From positions 1 to 14,701 of the forward strand of contig NW_021825722.1 of the NCBI RefSeq assembly GCF_006345805.1: 14,701 nucleotides of DNA, given 5' to 3'. This DNA comes from Octopus sinensis (Eukaryota). Position numbers and translations under genes: made by a program. The notes beneath the pieces were generated by a model that did no database searches, was not told the origin of the DNA, and saw nothing but the letters and a program-made list of their open reading frames with translations. Positions 1-9,038 of this stretch are shown in pieces. Each line of letters opens with the position of its first letter. Position 1 is the first letter of the stretch.

Positions 1-367
1 AAAGAATTATTAAGGAGTTATTGACCATTCATGAAGTTTTCTCTGTCTGTCAGTAAAAGTAGATAGCAGAAAAAGCAGCTATGGTTTTAAAAATTCGCAT
101 CCTGTCACAGGTATTGGTGCTTGTGGCAAACACTCTCGATTTAAACTGCTAAACTACATAAAAGTACTATAGGTTAGGAGTTTGTTCACCCCAAACACCA
201 GGAACAATAATCTGTAAAAATGTTCGATGGTTTGAATTGCTGAGTTCGACTTTTTCCTTTTTACAAATTCCTTAAGCTGAATGTCTCTTGATACACTAGT
301 AGCTGGTTTATCTTGAATGAATGATGTCGTATGTCAGGGTCACAATTTAAAATATTTATTGAATCTA

Positions 368-1597
368 TTGGACCACCCCATAAATAATGCTGTTTTTTTC
401 AAATGTATGAACTAAAAGTCGGAGGTGGCGGGATAAACTACCTGCATCAATTTGCTATAAAAGTAGGTAGTAATTCTACTTTGTGCTTATTCTTAGTGCA
501 AGTTTTTAAGAGTACAGTTACTTTTTCAAAGCTACAATGGAAGCTACATATTCGACATATTTTGCTTTATAAGTTCAATAAAGGCAACAATGCAATAGAA
601 AGTGCGGGGAATATTAATGCAGTATATAGGGATCGGACAATAAGCGTAAGCCTGTGTCAACAGTGGTTCCAAAAATTCCAAGTCAGAAACTACAACCTAG
701 AAGACGTGCCTCGTCTTGGAAGATCTGTAGAGCTCGACGAGGACGTCCTGCAAACTCTGGGGGAACAAAGTCCCATCGTAACTGTTGAAGAACTAGCTGA
801 GAAGCTTGGATTTGGTCATTCAACCATTCATCAATACCTGCAGGCCATTGGAAAAGTCAGTAAATTGGGTCAATGGGTTCCTCGCAAACTTTTCGAGTCA
901 AATCGCGCGCAGAAATTGAATATGTGCTCTTCTTTGCTGTCACGTCTCACGAATGAACCTTTTTTGGACCGAATAGTGACTGGTAACGAGAAATGGGTTC
1001 TCTATAAAAATGTCAAGAGCCGAAGACAGTGGGTAGGGTAAGGAGAAACACTGGCACCCCAGTCTAAAGAAGGTCTTCGCCTATGTAAAGTGTTGTTATC
1101 TGTTTGGTGGAACATGAAAGGTTTAGTCCCCTTTGAACTTTTAAGCCCCAACCAAATGATAACAAAGGAGATCTACTGCGAGCAGCTTGGGCGGCTTAAG
1201 TCAGTACTAGAAGAAAAACGACCATCTTTGTTTCCAAGATGAAAGGTGTTCTTTCATCAGGATAATGCTCGGCCACATACAACGAGGATGACATTCCAAA
1301 TGCTGGAACAGTTTGAATGGGAAACGATGCCCCACTCACCATATTCGCCGGACATTACCCCATCATTCGGGCGGAAAAAATACGAATTCTGTTGACGAGT
1401 CAGAACAGTATTGGTGGAGTATTTTTCGTCACGGACAAGTGAACTTCTGAAAAGGAGCCTTGCAAGTCAACCAGATAGATGGAAGAGCATTGTAGAAAAT
1501 GAAGGAGTGTATATTTTAGGCTAAAAAAGAACTTTATGTTAATTTTAAAAAATAAAAGAAATATTTTAAAAAACGCATTATTTATGGGAGGACCCGA
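368..1597 (+). mobile_element. Decayed near full-length mariner (Tc1/mariner, DD34D) DNA transposon, about 1.23 kb
   Basis: TA at 366-367. Degenerate TIRs share a perfect 14-bp core: cccataaataatgc (377-390) and gcattatttatggg (1575-1588). The outer TIR bases are diverged and the right TA reads AA (1598-1599). A mariner transposase remnant lies inside. Confidence 0.92.
537..1524 (+). pseudogene. Mariner transposase pseudogene
   Basis: Motifs WVPRKL (874-891, WVPHEL-like), TGNEKW (979-996, first catalytic D reads N), HQDNARPH (D at 1261) and YSPDITPS (1342-1365). The expected third D (34 residues after the second) is lost at a deletion/frameshift near 1366. In-frame stops at 1039 (TAA) and 1240 (TGA). 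The C-terminus ...DRWKSIVENEGVYILG* ends at 1524. The likely original ATG (537) is out of frame with the body. Confidence 0.92.
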
Positions 1598-1962
1598 AAT
1601 TGAAATGGAAAATGCAATTATAAATATAAAAAATATATAACAAATACAATAAAATAAATTAATATCCTTATGAAACAAAATAATTTTTCTAGAAACTTTT
1701 TCACTTCAGGCTTTGGAGAAATGATGTTTCATTTTTGTTGCAATTACATCGAAATTGGGGCATTTTTAAGCCAAAACAATTTAATGCAGTTTTCATGGTT
1801 CAATCGATTATACTGCTTTGTTTTTATGTTCAGTGAAGGGGAAAATCTTTGTTTGCAAAGGGCAGCAACTTTTTAATTGCCTCCTCATACAACAAGAAAA
1901 ATTTCTGTTGTAACAAGGAAAACGTTTTATATATAAGTTTACTTATATCTACTGAGTCCTCA

Positions 1963-2370
1963 TTACTCTTTTACTCTTTTACTTGTTTCAGTCATTTGAC
2001 TGTGGCCATGCTGGAGCACCGTCTTTAGTCGAGCAAATCGACCCCGGGACTTATTCTTTGAAAGCCTAGTACTTATTCTATCGGACTCTTCTGCTGAACC
2101 ACTAAGTGACGGTGACGTAAACACACCAGCATCGGTTATCAAGCGATGTTGGGGGGACAAACACAGACACACAAACACATACATACATGTATACATATAC
2201 ATATGTACGACGGGCTTCTTTCAGTTTCCGTCTACCAAATCCACTCACAAGGTTTTGGTCGACCCGAAGCTGTAGAAGAAGACACTTGCCTAAGGTGACA
2301 CGCAGTGGGACTGAACCCGGAACCATGTGGTTGGTAAACAAGCTACTTACCAAACAGCTACTCTTACCCC
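1963..2370 (-). mobile_element. tRNA-derived SINE, family A, copy 1 (full length; octopus OK/OR-type, exact family not assignable)
   Basis: On the minus strand: tRNA-like head with B-box GGTTCAGTCCC (2307-2317), internal TA/TG microsatellite and (AAAAGAGT)n tail. Colinear with 6522-6925 and 13699-13942. Confidence 0.9.
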
Positions 2371-2717
2371 AAAGAATTTCATTTTTACCCCACTCGCGCT
2401 ACTTTACGTCGGTTTGCCGACCCCTGCGGTATGTAGTCGAATAGTCGACTTCACACATATCGCATAGCTGCTCAATTGGAAATAGTGTAGAGCTGAATAA
2501 CAATAACATCAACAACCAGCTCCTGAACACAGCCTTTACGTTGGCCTATCAAAAAGTCTGTAAGTGTAAAGTAGAAGCATAGCATTCTGTTTCTTACAGA
2601 GTTCGAACAGTCATCCATCTTATCTTCGGAGTTCAGCAGATCGTATCCATTTAAAAAGCCCACTTCATACTACTCTAACAACGTTTCTAGCACACACACA
2701 TATATATACAGTTAATT

Positions 2718-2740
2718 AGAGAGAGAGGAGGGAGACAGAC

Positions 2741-2773
<33 letters not shown>

Positions 2774-2798
2774 GACGAACAGGCAGACAGACAGACAG

Positions 2799-2871
<73 letters not shown>
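2718..2871. repeat. Compound microsatellite (GA)n-(GACA)n-(TA)n
   Basis: Read directly: GA/GACA about 2718-2799, TA about 2800-2871. Confidence 0.95.
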
Positions 2872-3061
2872 GATAATGTATGTCTGTGGCCGGCTTCAGC
2901 CCGCGCACAACAACTTCCACAAGGACATGTGTTACATCAAAAATTCTTGGTTGGGGATGCAAATCCTCTCATTCGCGTACGACATAATGCGGCAGCAGCA
3001 TAGAATTGAAGCGTCCATCTCGTTTCTTCTCTCAATGTAGAATGTATATATATGTATATAT

Positions 3062-3071
3062 ATAGATAGAT

Positions 3072-3126
<55 letters not shown>
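3062..3126. repeat. (GATA)n microsatellite
   Basis: Read directly, one interruption near 3071. Confidence 0.95.
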
Positions 3127-3390
3127 TTCGCAATGAGGATATTCAAACTTCTTGTAGGGATATTTATCCAACATACACTTGTTTAATATATTAAATTTTG
3201 AAGAGAAAATACTTCAATGGATATATCATATAGAATATCGTAAGATATCAAACATTTTTATTGAGTTAGAAAGCAGAGAGGTATAAGGAATAGAAATTAA
3301 TTTATTAGTATGTTGGTTAATCAAGAAATTAATTTGTATCCATTACATATCTCATATATATATATATATATTATATTATATATATATATA

Positions 3391-3452
3391 TGATTTTGAT
3401 TTTGATTTTTCCAGTTTCATCTAATGAGCTGTGGCCATGCTGGGGCACCGCC
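3391..3452 (-). mobile_element. Severely 5'-truncated LINE-type 3' tail fragment with (AAAATC)n tail
   Basis: The minus strand reads GGCGGTGCCCCAGCATGGCCACAGCTC..., identical over 27 nt to the LINE 3' UTR at 14401-14427. (TA)n on both sides. Confidence 0.85.
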
Positions 3453-3493
3453 ATATATATATATATATTATATATTATATATTATATATAATA

Positions 3494-3525
<32 letters not shown>

Positions 3526-3533
3526 CTATATTT
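3453..3533. repeat. Imperfect (TA)n tract
   Basis: Read directly. Confidence 0.95.
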
Positions 3534-3683
3534 AAGTAGATAAATGAATTATCTTATTACGGATAATTCGAAAGATAACCGATACCTGGGTAGCAAACTC
3601 ACAACAGAAAACACGGTTGAAGTTACGAACCATAGGGCATATACTCGTGCCTTAGTGCGGGAATTTGAAGTTTAATTTAATAT

Positions 3684-3779
3684 TATAAGTATAGGAAAGA
3701 ATGGAGCTGAGCGAAGATTTAACAAAATAAAGGAATTTTGTTAAATCTTCGCTCAGCTCCATTCTTTCCTATACTTATA
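3684..3779. repeat. Perfect inverted repeat: 45-bp arms, 6-nt spacer
   Basis: 3684-3728 is the exact reverse complement of 3735-3779; spacer AAAGGA. Confidence 0.97.
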
Positions 3780-3795
3780 TATATATATATATATA

Positions 3796-3844
<49 letters not shown>

Positions 3845-3945
3845 ATATATATATATATAATATATGTATTATATATATATAATATAATATATAATATATA
3901 AATATATATATATAATATGTATAATATATATTATAATATATTATA
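3776..3945. repeat. Long imperfect (TA)n tract
   Basis: Read directly. Confidence 0.95.
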
Positions 3946-4161
3946 CACACACACATTATAGTTATATATGCATTTGTATTTATCTCCTTCCCTCTATATC
4001 TATATGAGTGTGCGTATGCGTGTGCTGGGTGAGGTGTACATATACACTTACATACTACATACAAATTGCGAATTTGATTATGCTGCCATATGCATTCCAA
4101 ATATGGAGTTAGAAAGTAACTCCTTCCTTACAGAAAGACGTCAAATGATTAAAAATAGATG

Positions 4162-4166
<5 letters not shown>

Positions 4167-4192
<26 letters not shown>
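4167..4192. repeat. (AC)n microsatellite
   Basis: Read directly. Confidence 0.95.
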
Positions 4193-4193
<1 letters not shown>

Positions 4194-4420
4194 TTCAGAT
4201 ATTGGAAGAACTTAGAGCAAACCTTAGGTTCCCCACTCCCCTGGTACGGCACACATATTTGGAGATTATAAAAGTTTTCTTGTACAAAACTTCATTCGGC
4301 ATCGTATACTCTCTTGGGTTAAACCATGTGCGAGAGGTAATTTAGTTCCAGTTTTTAGCTATAGCCAACGCACTTGACGTGTAGTCAAGTGCATAATCCA
4401 ACTTTTGACCGTGTGCTTCG

Positions 4421-4451
4421 CGTGTATATATCTTTATATATATACACATAT

Positions 4452-4516
<65 letters not shown>

Positions 4517-4572
4517 CATACACACATATAATATATAGGATATATATCTATAATTCTACACATATATATATA

Positions 4573-4617
<45 letters not shown>

Positions 4618-4624
4618 AAAACTT

Positions 4625-4660
<36 letters not shown>

Positions 4661-4688
4661 CGTGCGCAGTATATTTGAGTGTATCGGT

Positions 4689-4719
<31 letters not shown>

Positions 4720-4829
4720 GTTAGATTATATGTGTATGCATGTATATGAAATCAGGTATGACTACACTGAATTTGATTTGAATCATATTTATATTGGAAC
4801 ATATACATATACATATACATATACAATAT

Positions 4830-4887
<58 letters not shown>

Positions 4888-4918
4888 CATACTTCTACAT
4901 ATACACATATAATATACA

Positions 4919-4955
<37 letters not shown>

Positions 4956-5148
4956 GTACATCTCTATGTACCTATGTACATACATATATGAATATATATA
5001 AATATACCCGCGTGTGTGAGCATGTGTATGTACGTAGGTGTGAAAGTGCGCGTGCCTGTGTCATTATATATGTGACATTTCATTAATTTGAAATGTGTGT
5101 GTGAGTGTATAATAAAAGATATTATAAAGATATATATATAATATATAC

Positions 5149-5197
<49 letters not shown>

Positions 5198-5775
5198 ATA
5201 TATTATATATGCATTATATGTATATATGTCTTTATATATGCACTGAGAGAAACAGATTTACATCAGTATGAATAATGAATATGTGTAACTAAATAAATGC
5301 CAATATATTGACATGCATACGTATGCACACATCTGCATACATTTATTGCTGTATATATAGACATATGCATATAAACGTACGTTTCATTCATACATATCAA
5401 CATAGCATATGTACATTTGAACATACATGCACGCACACATGTATAGGTATATACAGATATACATACATTCACTCACACACTCAGACATACATACATATAT
5501 ACATACATACATTCATACATACATACATACATATATATATACATACATACATTCATACATACATAAATATATACATTATATATATATATTATACATAATA
5601 TATATATATACATGACATACACCATATATTACATACATATATATATACATACATACATTCATACATACATAAATATATACATTATATATATATATATATA
5701 TATTATACATAATATATATATATACATGACATACACCATATATTACATACATATATATAACACATATATATTTAT
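4421..5775. repeat. About 1.35-kb compound microsatellite field (TA, CATA, TG, TATG)
   Basis: Low complexity throughout; accounts for the Y/I/H/T/C-rich ORFs in the track. Confidence 0.95.
5531..5750. repeat. Two-copy tandem duplication of a 106-114 bp low-complexity unit
   Basis: Anchor attcatacatacataaatatatacatt at 5551 and 5657 (offset 106). Anchor catgacatacaccatatattacatac at 5611 and 5725 (offset 114). Confidence 0.85.
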
Positions 5776-6238
5776 AGGGTCCTGCTGGAATAGCGGCTAC
5801 TTCAGTTGTAATTTCCTTTAGATTTACTCAGCTGTCTCTGTAATTCAATACCATAATCTTCTGTGATGGATTCTGTAAATCCCTCGATCGCTGATAACGT
5901 TCTATATAGTTTTATCGATCCGTGTTGTAGGTAAGTTTTTCTTCGGTAAGTTCCATCTATGGCTACCTACCTCAGTATAATTACAACCGCACCAAAAATA
6001 TCTTCTGTATTTACTATTATGAAATTTCTATATTTCTATAAAATTCTTGGCTATTTTTTGACCGAAACTTTAATCATATGGTTAACCATCTTTTCTACTT
6101 TGGAAATCGTACGATTTATTTGAGATCTCATAACTGCGGTATTTTGTATTAGTTTTCTTGTTGTTGGGACCCCAGATTTAGCCTTGCCGATTTGCTAGAA
6201 ACAGCAGCCGAATTGCCATGAATTCATACTATTCTGCT

Positions 6239-6423
6239 GTTCTCAGGGATATTCAGAGTGACACAAAATGTGACAAGGCTGGCCCTTTGAATTACAGGTA
6301 CTACTCATTTTTACCAGCTGAGTAGACTGAAAAAAGAAGTGTCTTGCTCAAGAACAGAAAGCGTCGCCGGGAATTGAACTCATGACCTTATGATCTTGAA
6401 CCGAATGCCCTAACCACTAAGCC
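6239..6423 (-). mobile_element. tRNA-derived SINE, family C (3'-truncated)
   Basis: Minus strand: A-box-like GGCTTAGTGGTTAGGG (6408-6423), B-box GAGTTCAATTCC (6370-6381), then CORE-like TTCTTGAGCAAGACACTT (6337-6354). The 3' boundary is approximate. Confidence 0.8.
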
Positions 6424-6521
6424 TCACTGTATGTGCATGTATGACACTTAAGCTCAAGGATTTAATAGTGTCGTTACGAAAGTTAAATTCTTTCAAACTT
6501 TAAGAAAATTATCGCACTAAA

Positions 6522-6925
6522 CTGTGGTGGTAAGTAGCTTGCTAACCAACCACATGGTTCTGGGTTCAGTCCCGCTGCGTGGCATCTTGGGCAAGTGTCT
6601 TCTGCTATAGCCCCGGGCCGACCAATGCCTTGTGAGTGGATTTGGTAGACGGAAACTGAGAGAAGCCTGTCGTATATATTTTATGTATAATGTGTATGTA
6701 TGTGTGTGTTTGTGTGTCTGGTTTTGTCCCCCTAGCATTGCTTGACAACCGATGCTGGTGTGTTTTACGCCCCCGTCACTTAGCGGTTCGGCAAAAGAAT
6801 AACCGATAGATAAGTACTGGGCTTACAAAGATAAGTCCGAGGGGTCGATTGCTCGACTAAAGGCGGTTGCTCCAGCATGGCCCGGCAGTCAAATGACTGA
6901 AACAAGTAAAAGAGTAAAGAGTAAA
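6522..6925 (+). mobile_element. tRNA-derived SINE, family A, copy 2
   Basis: Colinear with the reverse complement of 1963-2370. B-box GGTTCAGTCCC at 6563-6573; AGAGTAAA tail. Confidence 0.9.
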
Positions 6926-7220
6926 CTAAACAAACGCAAGCTTTGCGCTACATTCTGTAAGGAATCCTTCTTTTCCAAATACATTAGTGTATAATTTGAA
7001 AGAGATCTAATTACCTTTTCTAGAAAGACGTCTGACTACCTAGAAGTGCTATTTTCGTCACTATAGAATTGAAGTGAAAATAATCCATCGAGGTATTGAA
7101 ACCGCACCGCTATCTCAGCTTGATATAAGCTTACTTCTCAAATTTTAATGCAAGAATCCTAAACACTTGAACATTGCTTTTATTTCTTCCTTCGGATCTT
7201 GCGCATTCTATCTTTACTTC

Positions 7221-7325
7221 TTTCCCTCGCTTTACTTCTCTCACTCTCTCTCTCTCTTTCTCTATTTATCTATTTATGTATCTATCTTTTTCTTTGTTTC
7301 TCTCATCATCTTCTGCACTCTTTCC
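7221..7325. repeat. CT-rich low-complexity tract
   Basis: (CT)n and (TCTA)n-like; read directly. Confidence 0.85.
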
Positions 7326-7704
7326 TCACATCAATATGCCGAGCTTCTGCGGTAAATATCATTCACTACTTGTACGAATCCATGCCGGAAGGCTCACGTA
7401 AAAGAAAGAAAAAACCCCACTTGTCAAAACGTTTTGGTTTATTATGTTTTTATTCGAACTCAATAATGTAAAATAAACTCTCTAATTGAAACTGAAGTAT
7501 TTTAGAGAAATAACTTGGGTCCTTTGGCGGAGCGAGGTTTACGAACACGATGCCAAGCTTCGTATAGGAAAACAAACATTCTGTCAAGGGAGATACTCGG
7601 CAGAAATCAAACACTGTGCACATAAACAACTGCAGGGTGAAGTGAACATTATAATACAGGAGGGAGGAACAGAAAAACATGCTTCGTAAACTGAAACACC
7701 GTTT

Positions 7705-7738
<34 letters not shown>

Positions 7739-7772
7739 GATATATTTATATATATATATATATATATATACA
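7705..7772. repeat. Imperfect (TA)n tract
   Basis: Read directly. Confidence 0.95.
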
Positions 7773-7872
7773 TACGTGTTTGTGTATGTATAAGTGGTGT
7801 TTCTTTTTCTTAAACACACCACCCAAATCGTCGTTGTTTTATTCCAATATGGTGTCCAGTACTTCAGCATTA

Positions 7873-8090
7873 CGAGGGGGTGTTGAAAAGTTCTTGTCTT
7901 TAAGGGTACCGCGAAAGTCCTGGCTGAAAGTCCAAACTTCCGAGTTCTTTTATAGGGCTTAGATTAAATGAAGGATTACTGCAATAAGTGTGTGAATCTG
8001 AGAGCGGAATGTATTTGCATAAAATCATAATTAACTGATCCTCCTGTATTTTCTTTTACCCAAAGACTAGAACTTTTCAGCATACGGTCG
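7873..8090 (+). mobile_element. Mariner-derived MITE / internal deletion derivative (about 218 bp)
   Basis: TA at 7871-7872. TIR cgagggggtgttgaaaagttcttgtcttt (7873-7901) matches the reverse complement of 8062-8090 at 23/29, with TA at 8092-8093. Internal CNKCVNLRAE (7980-8009) resembles the mariner C-terminal KCxxxxGEY motif. Confidence 0.82.
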
Positions 8091-8446
8091 GTAGAATAAA
8101 TCTTCAATAAAAGAAATTTTGAGAGCAAAGAAAAGCTTGCAGAAATAATCTTTTAGCAAATTTTTCGGTAAAAAAAAAAACGGTTGTTGCTGGATTGTTG
8201 GCGATTTCTTGTGATTGTGTAGAAGAAAAAATAGCACATATTTTCGTAGTGTAAAGTCGAAATGGCCTGGCTATGACGATACTGCGCTGCAACAACCAAC
8301 AGGTATGACTTCGACTTCAAAAGACTTTTAGATTAAAAAAAACTGTACAATGAATTCTACGTACCATTAGTTACCAAACCGTGATAAATGTCCGCTCGTC
8401 CCATATTAGCAATTGAAGTTAAGTGCAATATATCGTTTTGTCCGTG

Positions 8447-8497
8447 TTAAATTAGCAACTAGTATGAATATTAAATTAGCAACTAGTTTGAATATTA
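8447..8497. repeat. 24-bp tandem duplication
   Basis: ttaaattagcaactagt(a/t)tgaata at 8447-8470 and 8471-8494, one mismatch. Confidence 0.9.
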
Positions 8498-8682
8498 TGA
8501 AAATGGTATGAAATTAGTAACTAAGCAGCGGCTCTTCTCAAAATGCCCCCACAACGTGGGGAACATTTATTGTTTCATACATTTTAGTGGTGCTATAATA
8601 TATTTTGAATCATATTAGGGAGCGCCAATATTGGACAGCAAAATAATAGTGCACTAGTTGATTAAACTTATACATTGATCGA

Positions 8683-9007
8683 AATATTGTTTCAAATTTT
8701 GGTACAAGGCCAGCAATTTTGAAGACGGGGATGGTCGTTTACATCGACTCCAGTGTTCAACTGGTACTTATTTTATGGACCCTAATAGGATGAACGGTAA
8801 AGTCGACCCCGATAGGATAAAAGGCAAAGTCGACCCCGATAGGATGAAAGGCAAAGTCGACCCCGACAGGATGAAAGGCAAAGTCGGCTCCCATAAGATG
8901 AAAAGCAAAGTCGACCCACGACGGAATTTGAACTTAGAATGAAAAGACGGACGAAACACCGCTAAGCACTTTGCCCGGCGCGCTATCGATTCTGCCAGTT
9001 CGTCGCC
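8683..9007 (-). mobile_element. tRNA-derived SINE, family B, copy 1, with internal tandem expansion
   Basis: Minus strand: head GGCGACGAACTGGCAGAATCG, B-box-like AAGTTCAAATTCC, tail CCTTGTACCAAAATTTGAAAC. Homologous to 9039-9225, 9226-9438 and 10249-10458. Confidence 0.88.
8776..8910. repeat. 27-bp minisatellite, five units, inside SINE B1
   Basis: Units start at 8776, 8803, 8830, 8857 and 8884; consensus TCGACCCCGATAGGATGAAAGGCAAAG. Confidence 0.95.
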
Positions 9008-9038
9008 TAAAATTGATTACAATATTAACAGCTGGCAA

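Noticed and set aside
403-1041. 212-aa ORF as an intact gene
   Set aside because: The first 45 or so codons lie in the mariner's non-coding left end; the rest is a transposase fragment stopping before the catalytic domain is complete.
1400-1678. 92-aa minus-strand ORF
   Set aside because: Antisense to the mariner end and an AT-rich flank; F/I-rich compositional artefact.
1963-2444. ORFs of 79-85 aa over SINE A1 (also 6517-6738 and 13818-14081)
   Set aside because: They are translations of SINE sequence; similar peptides recur at each copy.
4105-4123. 7-bp stem GGAGTTA/TAACTCC
   Set aside because: Within chance expectation.
2932-5821. Many Y/I/H/T/C-rich ORFs
   Set aside because: Translations of TA, CATA, GATA and TG microsatellites.
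5778-5951. Exon ending at AG|GTAAGT (5931)
   Set aside because: All frames from the plausible upstream acceptors contain stops; one perfect donor is expected by chance. A non-coding exon cannot be excluded.
6239-6423. tRNA gene (also the other SINE heads)
   Set aside because: A and B boxes are present but no full cloverleaf can be formed, and SINE body sequence follows.
7199-7471. ORF with NLS-like MPEGSRKRKKKP after a long AG-free tract
   Set aside because: The AG-free zone is explained by the CT microsatellite and the basic run by an A-rich stretch; no convincing donor or homology.
8250-8308. 53-nt candidate exon ending CAG|GTATGA
   Set aside because: One frame is open (VKSKWPGYDDTALQQPT) but it is too short to recognise and has no supporting neighbour.
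8776-8910. CRISPR-like array or ILSGSTLPF repeat protein
   Set aside because: Units are contiguous with no spacers, the context is eukaryotic, and the 27-bp unit is a piece of a SINE that happens to be a multiple of three.
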